Virus record (IMG/VR): IMGVR_UViG_3300008111_001005
Span: 3,213-67,212 of that record
Source of the DNA: a virus
Direction: 5' to 3' (one strand)
Length of the DNA: 64,000 nt
Shown here: positions 49,789 to 59,641 of the stretch, one piece after another
Position numbering within the stretch: the first letter of the stretch is position 1
Layout: the number at the start of each line of letters is the position of its first letter
Program-made: the position numbers and the translations under genes
Notes under the pieces: generated by a model
Databases searched by the model: none
Told to the model about the DNA's origin: nothing
What the model saw: only the letters and a program-made list of their open reading frames with translations

Positions 49789-50490
49789 TTAAAGATTGGA
49801 CAAGTTACTATGTAATCCCCAATTTATCTCAGGGATAGATTTGCTAGAGAGTAATTTATTTACTTCTAGAAAGTGATTATTCCCAAAGAATCCTCCTCCC
49901 CCATATGCTTCTGCAGCTGGGTGAGCACTCTTTAGGATATTACAGGTAGGAATAAGGTAGCTAAAGCTCTGAGCGTGTTTCCCCCAAAGGATGAATATCA
50001 CATCATCACATTTCCTTAAACAGATTTCTTTGAGGACATCTGCTGTCCACCATGCCCACATATTTTGGTGGGAACCTGGAGAGTTCTTAGAAACTGTTAA
50101 GTATGTATTTAAGAGAAGCACTCCTTGTTGAGCCCATGAATACAAAGAATAATCAAACTTAGATATGTCTATGTCTGGGTATTGAGATTGCAGTTCTTTT
50201 ACAATGACTCTAAGACTTGGGGGTATCTTTGACTTCTCTTTATCAATCCCAAAACATACTCCTATAGCTTCACCTCTGTGATATGGATCCTGTCCAAGGA
50301 TTACAACTTTGAGATCTTTAAATTGACAGAGCTCAAAAGCTTTAAATATCTTATCATCAGAGGGGTATACGATAGTTTTGGATTTCTCTACTCGTAATTG
50401 AGTTCGTACATGATCAAAAGAAGGGTTAGAGATAAAGGGGGACAATACGTCCCCCCAATCTCCTAGTTGATTTCTAAGTCTATCGGTCAT
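49789..50490 (-). CDS. ung: Uracil-DNA glycosylase, family 1
   Basis: VVILGQDPYH, PPSLR, WAQQGVLLLN, PGSH, ILWG and SAHP motifs. Confidence 0.95.
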   Translation of the reverse strand: MTDRLRNQLGDWGDVLSPFISNPSFDHVRTQLRVEKSKTIVYPSDDKIFKAFELCQFKDLKVVILGQDPYHRGEAIGVCFGIDKEKSKIPPSLRVIVKELQSQYPDIDISKFDYSLYSWAQQGVLLLNTYLTVSKNSPGSHQNMWAWWTADVLKEICLRKCDDVIFILWGKHAQSFSYLIPTCNILKSAHPAAEAYGGGGFFGNNHFLEVNKLLSSKSIPEINWGLHSNLSNL

Positions 50491-51269
50491 TACATCTTAT
50501 CTATAGCAGCTTTTGCGCTTGGGGCATAAAAGCTAAAATCTAATTCCTCTACAGAGCGGTCGATAATGCTATGAAGTTCTGTTTCTTCTCCCAAAGTAAT
50601 ATCTAGCTTGTTTTCAATCTTTTCACGAAGACGAGAGTCTCTGAACAGTATCTGCCCAGTATGCCCATCCATGTCAAAACCATGAAAGTCTAGAATCTTT
50701 AGTTTCCACAAATCATCAATCTGCGAATATCTCCCATTTATAAAGTGCTCATAGGATGCTTCTGCTTCTTGAGGGACATTGAAGACAAACAATACATGAT
50801 AGGGATCTGGATCATATCTATGTTCAAAGGCTCTGAATGAGCATAATGCAGATTCAAACTTTGTAAATAAGATACTCCCAGAAAATCTATACAATAATGC
50901 AATGCACTTAGGATGATCAGGAACTGCAATAAATGCATTCATGAACAGATTATCCCAAAGCATTAGTCTACGATTACCCCCAATAAACGGAAAGGCAAAT
51001 ATGCTAGTATTGTTTACATTACAAACTATTATATCATACCCTATTAATCCTTGTTGAGTTATTACTGGTTTGATATAGTTTACTTTGTATGGTATTTTTC
51101 CAGCTCTCACTGTATCCCCTACTGTAATTTTATAGTCATTATATTCTAATGATACAATATCTGCATCATTACGATTTTGCATGAACATAGACACAGTTCC
51201 AACGACTCGTGCCATTCTAGCGTTCACAACAACTATGGATACGTGAAATAAATCTTTCATTAGTCCCAA
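50490..51269 (-). CDS. Hypothetical replication-block protein
   Basis: 259 aa coupled ORF with LFVFNVP...F.NGRYSQI. No function recognised. Confidence 0.6.
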   Translation of the reverse strand: MGLMKDLFHVSIVVVNARMARVVGTVSMFMQNRNDADIVSLEYNDYKITVGDTVRAGKIPYKVNYIKPVITQQGLIGYDIIVCNVNNTSIFAFPFIGGNRRLMLWDNLFMNAFIAVPDHPKCIALLYRFSGSILFTKFESALCSFRAFEHRYDPDPYHVLFVFNVPQEAEASYEHFINGRYSQIDDLWKLKILDFHGFDMDGHTGQILFRDSRLREKIENKLDITLGEETELHSIIDRSVEELDFSFYAPSAKAAIDKM

Positions 51270-52057
51270 AGATTTGTCTGTGAAGATACATCTTCAGAAC
51301 TAAACTTACGTTCTCGTATTTCTGGGGACTTTGGGAGAAAGTTTATCTTAAAGAACCATTCAATATCTGCATCGGTCTTTAAGAGTTTTACAAGAGCAAA
51401 TGATTGATAGAATTTACGCACTCCTTCTATTGACCCAAACTTGTCTACATATTGTTTGAGTGCAAAGACTTCAAAGTCTTTAGTGCGTCCTTTTAACCAA
51501 TTGTCTGCAGTCTTCTCCCCAACTCCTGGAAGTCCAGGTATGTTGTCTGTACTATCTCCCATCAATACTTGTTTCCAAAGAAAACTAGTAGCTTGATCTT
51601 CAGTAGTTTCAATAAACTGAGTAGTGCGATAATTGTAGTGCGTCCCTGCACATTGATATAGAACATCTTTATCAGGGGAACATATAACTGGGGTTGCGAG
51701 TTTATACTCTACCAAGGAGTTAGAATAATAGCTGACTAGATCATCAGCTTCTAACCCATCAAAGGCTGTAAATCCCCACTCCTGCTTTAGATATTCAACC
51801 ATAGAAGGGAAAATAATGGGACGGTCTCCCCTTCTTTTACGTTTGGCTTTATACTGATAATCCACGTTGTACCTGAAACATCTCCCTTCTGTTAGAAACC
51901 CTACATACCTGTTGGTATCGCATTGCTCTAATATATGGGAAAGCCTCTTGGAGAGACCTTCGCAGGCCTCCTCAAGAGAGCTTTTATCCATTTCATAGTA
52001 CAACAAGGAATCTCCATCTATAAGACAAACATTGTCTAGTTTTCCTTGCTCTATCAC
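51260..52057 (-). CDS. 5'-3' exonuclease (PIN/FEN fold, T7 gp6-like)
   Basis: LIDGDSLLY, YKAKR, LEADD, SPDKDV and MGDSTDNIPGLPGVGEKTA motifs. Confidence 0.9.
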   Translation of the reverse strand: MIEQGKLDNVCLIDGDSLLYYEMDKSSLEEACEGLSKRLSHILEQCDTNRYVGFLTEGRCFRYNVDYQYKAKRKRRGDRPIIFPSMVEYLKQEWGFTAFDGLEADDLVSYYSNSLVEYKLATPVICSPDKDVLYQCAGTHYNYRTTQFIETTEDQATSFLWKQVLMGDSTDNIPGLPGVGEKTADNWLKGRTKDFEVFALKQYVDKFGSIEGVRKFYQSFALVKLLKTDADIEWFFKINFLPKSPEIRERKFSSEDVSSQTNLWD

Positions 52058-52089
52058 TGTGACTTACTTTATTAGGGTATCACAGCGAT

Positions 52090-53325
52090 TTAGTTATCCA
52101 TATCATCATAACTCCCATCTTCATAATCACCATACTCATCATCTTCTAGTTCGCCTTTGTAATCAGACAGTCTAGAAGTAAGAGCATTCCCTAAATGATT
52201 GTTGAGCTCAATGACTACATCCTTTCTCATTTCTTCCCACTCTAGGTCTGTCATAGCAGCATAGGTAGAAGAGTGATAGATGCTTCCATTGACTCCGGCA
52301 AGACTTGAATGTACAAAGTACTGCAAACAACGAATAGCTCCTGTCTCGTCGTCAGGAACAGCCCCAACGTGCATTGGATCTACGAATATGTTGTGGATTT
52401 CCCCACCATATCCAGAGATATAATACAATCCCCCGATATGTAAACCTGGGACACAAGAACGGTGATCATCTGTGTTTACTTTATCCCAAGACTTTAGGGA
52501 GTGTAAACAACCTACTTTGATAAAATGACCTGGGTCAGAGAATCCATTGACTCCTTCGCAAGTAAAAGGATCTCCACTTGAACCCATTACAGCAGGCTCA
52601 AAGATTCTATCTTCTACAAACTCAGGTAAACCTTCAGAAGCAATTTGCCCTGTATTTACATCAAAGGTTCTCTTATAGCGGGGTATAGATTCTCCTGATT
52701 CAGGATCAAACATATGCATGATCTCTCTAGAAACCTTGTACCCATTTAAGAGACCCTCTTTTGTAATCTTGATCTGATAGATAGTAGCTCGCTTTCTAGC
52801 TGCATCTAAACTCAGACCATGATTATCCATAAGGTCAGTCAACAACTCGGGGTGCACATACTTCATGTTTACAAAGTTGAAGAATCTATCAGAGAATTCT
52901 TTCCCTGTCCCATTCTCCATCTTTGCTTTCAGTACTGGATTACGCAACCAACGCATCCACAGCTTCACCAAGGGCATGAAATCTGCTCCGCTATCCATAG
53001 AGTTGTAGATACGATCTACAAGCTCTGTAGGCATTGGAATTTTAGATACCTCTCCCTCATAGGTGAGAAAGAATTGCCCAGTTACATTGTTTACTTTAAT
53101 GTAAGGACATTTGGTTTCTGCAATTTTTGCATAATCCTTCACTCTGTTAATCACTGAGAAGAACTTATCAGTGTGAATCTGATACTCTTCTTTTGTGTTA
53201 GCATTGTTAGCTAGGTCAGCAATGTAGCTGAGTTCCTGATAGACATTTGCATCATACTCTACCATAAAGGGAGTTTCCCCTACAGAGCCAGAGATGCAGT
53301 TGTCAATAACATTGATGTCAATCAT
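52090..53325 (-). CDS. rIIB: rIIB-like protein
   Basis: GLLNGYKV, CVPGLHIGGLYY and VDP.HVGAVPDD...IRC.QY motifs. Downstream of rIIA. Confidence 0.75.
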   Translation of the reverse strand: MIDINVIDNCISGSVGETPFMVEYDANVYQELSYIADLANNANTKEEYQIHTDKFFSVINRVKDYAKIAETKCPYIKVNNVTGQFFLTYEGEVSKIPMPTELVDRIYNSMDSGADFMPLVKLWMRWLRNPVLKAKMENGTGKEFSDRFFNFVNMKYVHPELLTDLMDNHGLSLDAARKRATIYQIKITKEGLLNGYKVSREIMHMFDPESGESIPRYKRTFDVNTGQIASEGLPEFVEDRIFEPAVMGSSGDPFTCEGVNGFSDPGHFIKVGCLHSLKSWDKVNTDDHRSCVPGLHIGGLYYISGYGGEIHNIFVDPMHVGAVPDDETGAIRCLQYFVHSSLAGVNGSIYHSSTYAAMTDLEWEEMRKDVVIELNNHLGNALTSRLSDYKGELEDDEYGDYEDGSYDDMDN

Positions 53326-56038
53326 TGTCTTTATATTGAGGGATTAGGTTTTCGTGAATAATAGCGACTGCTGAGGGGAGACAACTTGGGATTTCCATAT
53401 CTAATTTACCCCTCATCTTTAGATATGATTCTAGCTCAGTGAGAAATGCGGAACTGATGTCATTATTTACATGCAATTTTCCTACGAAAGAGTTAATCCC
53501 TTCTGCGAAATTACATACAAAGGTACTGATTTCCAGTATATCATCGTAGAAAATGTCAATGTCTTTTATATCCAATTTGAATATCTCCTCACATATCCCT
53601 TGCAATTGTTCTTTATAGTCCGGGAGAGATTTATCCAAGAAGTATTTCCTCTTTGCAAACTTAGTTAGATTATCCAATAAGACAGAGTTCCGCACTTCAT
53701 CGTAGCTAAATTGTGGGCTTTGTTCAAACAAACTAGTAATCACAAAGCATATATCTGTAAATTCTGGGATAATCTTGGAGATATAAACTGATACCCAGTC
53801 TCTTACCATAGAAGAGTATTCTCTTGTAAAGTAAAACTTTAGTAAAGGGTGAAGGACCATAGTCCCATCTCCATTGTCTTCCCAGAATAAGTTAGATACG
53901 TGCTTTATGTTGGAGTTTGCATGTACAATATTCTCTGTTTTTTCACTGATCTTTATAATCTGAGCTTTATGTTTTATCGAACTTCGCTCTATTAGCTTTA
54001 AACCATCAGATTTCTCCAACCTTACAGGAGGTTTATCCCAATAAAATGCTCGAATATACCCATAGGTTCTAGAAGAAGAATAGACAGGATTTATGTTCTC
54101 AAGCATTTTATATGCAACATAAAGTTCCTCCTTGTCATCTCGTAATCCATAATATGTAGGAGTAGAAGAAGTAAGGAAATCCTTTTGAATAGGCTGAATC
54201 TTATCAAAGACTAGTTCTTTGCTATACCTACTTTGATCTTCTCGTAATGTGAATGCTACAATCTCCCCATTCATCTCCCGCATTTGCTCAGGAGTAAGGA
54301 TATTTACGAAAGATGCTGTAGCTCCGGTTGGGAGTTTAAAGTCACTGGGGACTACTACATCTTCGTAAGATTTGTAGTACTTAGATAGCTTGATGTAGTT
54401 TAGAATCTTATCTTCTAATGCTCTTGTTGCTATGAATGTTTCATTTAATAGCATGAATGGATTAACCCCATTCAGCTTAGAAGTATTCTCTCTTAAGATA
54501 TAGATAGCTTTCTCCCCAGTTTTAATCTCATTTAGCAAATACCAATCTTTGGTAATATTTCTGTTAGATGGGAGAAAGTATAAGTTATCTAGATTTATGT
54601 GATTCCAATAATATACATCACTTACTTTAATTGTACTTAACCCAAAGGGTATAAACACCTTTGTGATAGTATAATAGGGGAGTAGATTAGAGGTTCCTTT
54701 ATACTCAATAGATTTATCTAGAAAGAATTTAGGTTTGATCTTATCTACATTCAAGAATCTAGACAGTTTTCCTAAGAGTGCAATAGATGTGGTTTCTTCT
54801 GTTATCTCTTCAACTCTATTCCCAGAATTTATAGTTACAGAGCACTTCTTTAACCATTCTAAGATGTCTGTCTCATTCCCTAGCTCTGAATTAACTAACT
54901 CTGAGATCTCAATATGAGCTTTGTCTATGACATTCTCAACGAATCTCTTTGTGTTGTCATTCCAAATGACTTTCTCACGGCTGGGGGTTACTTCAACACC
55001 TTCTTGAATTACAACTTCGTTGTTACTCTCATCTATATATGCTTGACGCATTGGGCATTTTAACCCAACAGCCCCAAACAGTTGTTCCATCTCAAGCTCT
55101 CTAAACTGTACATGCCCATAATTAATTCCTGTTGAGGAATCTTCGGATTTTACAATCACGATATGAGGTCTCCCATAGTAAGTCCCTTCAGATACTAAGA
55201 TATTCTTAGAGTTATAGATAGGCTCTTTATAGAAGTCAGCTTCAAAATAAGATGTATTATTCTCTCGTCTAATAAAGAACTTAACTCCTTGCACATAAGT
55301 TAGTTGATCAGAAACTGCATCTTGAAATGCAGATCTATTATGTCTTTTTACCCCAAAAGATACTCTAGTGAAATTATTCCCTAAGTAGTTTTTGTAGTAA
55401 ATCGTATTCCCTTCAAGATTCATCTCCCCATCTGCCTCCCATTTAGAGATAGTGAATACAGTCTTGTATGCAAAGCATTGAAACTTTACATACTTCCCAT
55501 TATATGCACTTTCTACTACATAGAAGTCTACTCCTGTAGATAAAGCAACTTTGCTTCCTAGTCCGAATGCTCCAAAGTTCTCAGAGGTATTTCTCTTTGT
55601 AGAATATCCAAGCTCAGACATCCCAATAAGACGCTTACCCCCAATCCCAACTCCATAGTCTTCGACTATAAACTCATCACAGAACCCAACTCCTTCATTC
55701 TCATGGTATTTGAGAATTACATCAGATTGAGTGTTATCTAAATACTCTAGATTGTAGTACGATGGGTCAAAGTTAGAGTCCTGATATTGCTCCCCATCTC
55801 GTTTAATATAGTAATCCTCTATTGATTTATTCCCTGTTAGAATCTCAATAGCCATCTCTTTTTCTCTCTGTGAATCTAGAGCATTTGTAGTTAGCTCCCT
55901 GACACTAGAGGATATAGGGGTAGAGTACTGTGAAGATTGTAAGATGTCAAATACTAATCTTTCTGCCCCTTTATTTATTCGCTTTTCTAACCCCTTTGAG
56001 TTAGAAGTTACGTTGCTCCCAATAGTCTTTATGCTCAT
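53318..56038 (-). CDS. rIIA: rIIA-like protein (GHKL ATPase N-terminus)
   Basis: VRELTTNALDS, DYGVGI, YSTKRNT...GAFGLGSK and VTPSREK motifs. Confidence 0.85.
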   Translation of the reverse strand: MSIKTIGSNVTSNSKGLEKRINKGAERLVFDILQSSQYSTPISSSVRELTTNALDSQREKEMAIEILTGNKSIEDYYIKRDGEQYQDSNFDPSYYNLEYLDNTQSDVILKYHENEGVGFCDEFIVEDYGVGIGGKRLIGMSELGYSTKRNTSENFGAFGLGSKVALSTGVDFYVVESAYNGKYVKFQCFAYKTVFTISKWEADGEMNLEGNTIYYKNYLGNNFTRVSFGVKRHNRSAFQDAVSDQLTYVQGVKFFIRRENNTSYFEADFYKEPIYNSKNILVSEGTYYGRPHIVIVKSEDSSTGINYGHVQFRELEMEQLFGAVGLKCPMRQAYIDESNNEVVIQEGVEVTPSREKVIWNDNTKRFVENVIDKAHIEISELVNSELGNETDILEWLKKCSVTINSGNRVEEITEETTSIALLGKLSRFLNVDKIKPKFFLDKSIEYKGTSNLLPYYTITKVFIPFGLSTIKVSDVYYWNHINLDNLYFLPSNRNITKDWYLLNEIKTGEKAIYILRENTSKLNGVNPFMLLNETFIATRALEDKILNYIKLSKYYKSYEDVVVPSDFKLPTGATASFVNILTPEQMREMNGEIVAFTLREDQSRYSKELVFDKIQPIQKDFLTSSTPTYYGLRDDKEELYVAYKMLENINPVYSSSRTYGYIRAFYWDKPPVRLEKSDGLKLIERSSIKHKAQIIKISEKTENIVHANSNIKHVSNLFWEDNGDGTMVLHPLLKFYFTREYSSMVRDWVSVYISKIIPEFTDICFVITSLFEQSPQFSYDEVRNSVLLDNLTKFAKRKYFLDKSLPDYKEQLQGICEEIFKLDIKDIDIFYDDILEISTFVCNFAEGINSFVGKLHVNNDISSAFLTELESYLKMRGKLDMEIPSCLPSAVAIIHENLIPQYKDND

Positions 56039-56060
56039 TGGATAGATTGCTAGGTGTATA

Positions 56061-56090
56061 AAACAAAAAACCCCAACTTACGTTGAGGTC
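56061..56090 (-). terminator. Rho-independent terminator overlapping the nuclease stop, upstream of rIIA
   Basis: Minus strand reads GACCTCAAC-GTAA-GTTGGGGTT followed by TTTTGTTTT. Confidence 0.65.
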
Positions 56091-56566
56091 TTTATTGCTT
56101 GAATAAGCTCTATAGTCTTTAGAACCTGATTTTGATTCCTTGGGACATATAGTTTGGGAGGGTTTCCGTCTCTTACTAGTAGCTCTTTGAACATCTTCCA
56201 CTTCATAGGGAATCGTTCATTAGCGTACCCCTTACATTCGATTACCCACCTCCCATTGGGGTCGACAAAGTCTGGGGTGTATGTAATATCTCTGACTTTA
56301 TAAGGCTGCTTATCATTGAATCCTGTTTTCCCATTGTCTTCGAATGACTCTTCGGGATAATAGAACCCTTCCATGAGGACAAACTTTTGAGTTTCATACC
56401 CAAATTTTAATCCTGCATCTTTGAGTTTACTATAACAGAATGCTTCGAGAAGACTTTTAAACTTAATTCCATCTACTTCTAGCTTCTTTGCATTCCTCAC
56501 TCTCCCACGGTTGGGACTAGGAGTTCGTACATTTCCGGATCTAAGTCTTTTATTTCTTGAAGCCAC
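56078..56566 (-). CDS. PD-(D/E)xK endonuclease (DUF1064 / endonuclease I-like resolvase candidate)
   Basis: VDGIKFKSLLEA...YTPDF...IECKG...FPMKWKMF. Confidence 0.8.
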   Translation of the reverse strand: MASRNKRLRSGNVRTPSPNRGRVRNAKKLEVDGIKFKSLLEAFCYSKLKDAGLKFGYETQKFVLMEGFYYPEESFEDNGKTGFNDKQPYKVRDITYTPDFVDPNGRWVIECKGYANERFPMKWKMFKELLVRDGNPPKLYVPRNQNQVLKTIELIQAIKTST

Positions 56567-56712
56567 TCTTTCTCTAGTTTTTTAGCTGTTTTTCTATCCC
56601 CAACATCTAACGAGGTTTTCATTCCAACATTTGCCATCATTTGCACTGTCTTAAACAGAATCTTATCTATCTGTTTTTTAGTTTCTATGTTGGTTTTATA
56701 TGAGCCTCGCAT
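56497..56712 (-). CDS. Small hypothetical protein
   Basis: 71 aa overlapping both neighbours, with IKDLDPEMY motif. Confidence 0.55.
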   Translation of the reverse strand: MRGSYKTNIETKKQIDKILFKTVQMMANVGMKTSLDVGDRKTAKKLEKEWLQEIKDLDPEMYELLVPTVGE

Positions 56713-57692
56713 TGTTGTTGTAAGAATAATTTACCCACTTCTAAGCCTTTATTTTTGATTAAATCAGAAATGTCTTTTGATTCAAAGTGTGAAGGTATAC
56801 AAATATTTATAAAATCAGGATATTTTTCTATAATTTTTTTAGCCATAGACTGCCCAGGATTTACTTCCGACGTGTAGTCGTTGTCGTAGAGTAAAAAGAC
56901 TGTATTGTAGCGATCGTGTATCTCCCTGCAAACCTCTTGTCGTGGCATCTGCATCTCTGATTGAAATGCAATGGATGGGATGTTAAGCACATCCAAGCAC
57001 ATGACGTCCTTGAGGGAACTTGTAATAAATATATTTTCCCCAGTTGCAGGAAGTTGACTATACCCTTGTACAGTTTGACTATCAACATTGCTAAACCATT
57101 TATGAATAGGATCATACGGTCTATACAATTTAAATCCATTTTCGAATTTGAAGGCATAGGTTAAAGTATCTGCTTTGAATCTTGAATCATTTACCCAGTA
57201 ATAATCTACGGGAAAGACATCAAATTTATGCAGTATTTTTTTAGAAATATGATATTTGACCCAGAAATCTTTATCTGAGTCATTCCAATTCCTAACTCTA
57301 ACCTTTATTTCTGATTTCTTGCGTGATAGTTCTCCTCCCACTCTATGACTGAATCTACCAGCCACGACAGAATCATTCCCATTAAAGCTACTAGAAAAAT
57401 CACTATAAACGATATTGAGAGCCCCAACAAAGTCTGTTCCATACTTATAAGCAACATAGCTAAAGCAATTAAAGGTGTGTTCAAGGTTTCCAAAGTCCTT
57501 ATAAAGTAATTTTCCGTTCCATTCTACTATGCTAACAGTCGGAGAATTATCTTTTCTAAGTTCGCTTCGAAACTTTGCCCCTAATTTAATAAAATTACTA
57601 CAATATCTCCTAAAAATATCATACTCAGTTAAATAGCTCAGTATATAGTCAGAGTGTAGTATTACGTTGCTGTCTTTATAGTGTATTCCCAT
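56685..57692 (-). CDS. DnaG-like primase (TOPRIM)
   Basis: LRKDNSPT...YKDFG degenerate N-domain, plus ITSSLKDVM, LYDND and KDISD motifs. Confidence 0.85.
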   Translation of the reverse strand: MGIHYKDSNVILHSDYILSYLTEYDIFRRYCSNFIKLGAKFRSELRKDNSPTVSIVEWNGKLLYKDFGNLEHTFNCFSYVAYKYGTDFVGALNIVYSDFSSSFNGNDSVVAGRFSHRVGGELSRKKSEIKVRVRNWNDSDKDFWVKYHISKKILHKFDVFPVDYYWVNDSRFKADTLTYAFKFENGFKLYRPYDPIHKWFSNVDSQTVQGYSQLPATGENIFITSSLKDVMCLDVLNIPSIAFQSEMQMPRQEVCREIHDRYNTVFLLYDNDYTSEVNPGQSMAKKIIEKYPDFINICIPSHFESKDISDLIKNKGLEVGKLFLQQQCEAHIKPT

Positions 57693-57707
57693 AGCTATAT
57701 TATGAGA

Positions 57708-57750
57708 TGAGAAAGGGGGGAAAGGGTATGCCCCTAACCCCCCTCCTCAT
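57708..57750 (-). terminator. GC-rich hairpin after SSB gene
   Basis: TGAGAAAGGGGGG-aa-AGGG-tatg-CCCCT-aa-CCCCCCTCCTCAT imperfect stem in the intergenic gap. Confidence 0.55.
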
Positions 57751-57760
57751 AATTTAACTC

Positions 57761-58519
57761 TTACAACCAATCGTCCTCAGAGCTCACTGCGGGAGCTAAG
57801 CTTTCTGAGGGAGCAATGACCTTCTCTGAGTACCCAGAGAGTCTCAAATCTGCAGGATATGCAGAGTTAAATCCTCCATAGTCAGAGTTCAGCTCTTTTG
57901 TAAACAGATCATCACGCTTCGGCTTTAAACGTCCAAAGTGCTTTGTGTAGACCTGCTGATACTTCCCATCTTTTACTCCGAGAAGAACACGGACTTTGTT
58001 GTCCTTAAGAACTTCAACGAGCTTTTTGATCTCGGTTACATCACCTTGAACGATTTTGTCAATGGTCTCAAAGTAGCAATCTCCATTAGAAGATACGTTA
58101 CCCCAAGCTTTTACAAAGTTCAGCAGTGTGTCCTCTCCGCTGTAAGCTTTACGCTCACCTTCAGATTTAAACCACTCATACTTTGAAGACGGAGCTTCGT
58201 CACTCCATGTGATTTGTCCACGATTGTTGACCCACATGAACTTTGATCCATCCTTGCTTGCACGAGGAGTATCTTTCATGAGAATCTCAACACGAGTGAT
58301 GATGTCAGGGGAAGTGTGCTTAACCCAGAAACTCAATTTCTGATACTTCTCCTCATTCAGTTCAAGCGTGTATTCGGGATCACGCTTTGAGTTGACCCCA
58401 AGCTCATTAAGCTCTGCAAGAGTAGGATTTATAGCAACTACTTGCATAGCTGCAACTCCGTAGAACAGATTAATCCCTCCTACGACTTCGTCTTCAGAAT
58501 TATTTGCGGAAATAGCCAT
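57761..58519 (-). CDS. Putative single-stranded DNA-binding protein
   Basis: VVAINPTLAEL motif, acidic-aromatic C-tail SSEDDWL, highly expressed codon style, between ATPase and primase. Confidence 0.6.
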   Translation of the reverse strand: MAISANNSEDEVVGGINLFYGVAAMQVVAINPTLAELNELGVNSKRDPEYTLELNEEKYQKLSFWVKHTSPDIITRVEILMKDTPRASKDGSKFMWVNNRGQITWSDEAPSSKYEWFKSEGERKAYSGEDTLLNFVKAWGNVSSNGDCYFETIDKIVQGDVTEIKKLVEVLKDNKVRVLLGVKDGKYQQVYTKHFGRLKPKRDDLFTKELNSDYGGFNSAYPADLRLSGYSEKVIAPSESLAPAVSSEDDWL

Positions 58520-58570
58520 TATTATGTGTTTATTTTAGTTTGTTAGTTATTATCAACTACTAAGTATTTC

Positions 58571-58900
58571 TTAGCTGTTCACTGAGTAAGAGTCCCAAGG
58601 AGTGGTATCTTCTTCAGACTCATCTTCAGGGTCTGTATCATCAGACTGAGAATCAGTAATTTGTTGTTCAGTATCATCAATAAGTGTAAACTTGATAGCT
58701 TTGCTGCGCTTAACACGCTTTCCTGCGAGCTTTGGGTGCTGAAAGATAAGCTTTGTTTCTTCTACAGAGAGATTGTATTTCTCACGGATAGACTTACGAT
58801 CCAATCCTGCTTCGAGGTCAGAAAGGATTTGAGATACCGTGATTACTTGCTTCTTAGGCTCCACAACTTGCGGAACATTCTGGATTTGAGCGTCAATCAT
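58571..58900 (-). CDS. Small HTH-like protein with acidic tail
   Basis: ITVSQILSDLEAGLDRKSIREKYNL...IFQHPKL. Confidence 0.55.
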   Translation of the reverse strand: MIDAQIQNVPQVVEPKKQVITVSQILSDLEAGLDRKSIREKYNLSVEETKLIFQHPKLAGKRVKRSKAIKFTLIDDTEQQITDSQSDDTDPEDESEEDTTPWDSYSVNS

Positions 58901-58923
58901 AACAAAAGGTTTTAAAAGAGTGT

Positions 58924-59622
58924 TTAGTCAATGAAGATTTTGTCCCAGTCAAACGCTACGGATTGACCTTTTAAGTGATCACAGCGGGAACCAGCATTTT
59001 GATCATCTTTTGAATCGAAGGAGACCATGAGGTCTTCTTTTTCACGATATACATACCCAATTGCATCAGCATTTGCGCATGTAATGTTTCTGATTTTCCC
59101 AGTCAAATCAAGATCCTTGCTTGAGACCTCTTTCCCTTTCTTCTCGATCATCTTGTCTTTCAGATGTCCAACGAGAATAATGTGAGGAGCAAGTTGATTC
59201 AACCGATCCAACCACTTCTTGTAAGCAATTCTCAAGTATAAATAACCTGCACCTTGAGGTAATGAGAGTACAGATAAGCCCTTGTTGTCAGAATCAAAGT
59301 TCTTTCCCATAGGGGTTTGTCTATACAACTCTTTGGCTTCTGATTCAGCCCACACCTCAAGTTGTGTGATTGTATCGATAGCTACATATTTATACGGTTT
59401 ACCCGCTTTCATGATAGCTTTCCCAATCTCACTAAGTTCGTTGAGAGAATTTGCTTTTACTTTTAAGGCACTAACCATATCACTTCCATCTTCGAGATCG
59501 ATGATTAAACATCCATCAAGCTTAGATAAGATAGTTGTCTTCCCAATCTTTGGGGGACCATAAATAACTATGTTCTTTGGGCTTTTTCTAGCTGCGGGAA
59601 CAATAGATGTTGGGAGTTCCAT
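58924..59622 (-). CDS. AAA_24 / Sak4-like P-loop ATPase
   Basis: Walker A YGPPKIGKT, IDLEDGS, AIDTIT and ADAIGY motifs. Confidence 0.85.
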   Translation of the reverse strand: MELPTSIVPAARKSPKNIVIYGPPKIGKTTILSKLDGCLIIDLEDGSDMVSALKVKANSLNELSEIGKAIMKAGKPYKYVAIDTITQLEVWAESEAKELYRQTPMGKNFDSDNKGLSVLSLPQGAGYLYLRIAYKKWLDRLNQLAPHIILVGHLKDKMIEKKGKEVSSKDLDLTGKIRNITCANADAIGYVYREKEDLMVSFDSKDDQNAGSRCDHLKGQSVAFDWDKIFID

Positions 59623-59641
59623 AGTTTTTTGTATTTGATTG

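Noticed and set aside
56001-56201. 66-aa ORF bridging the nuclease and rIIA
   Set aside because: It is an alternative-frame overlap that crosses a terminator and has no motif.
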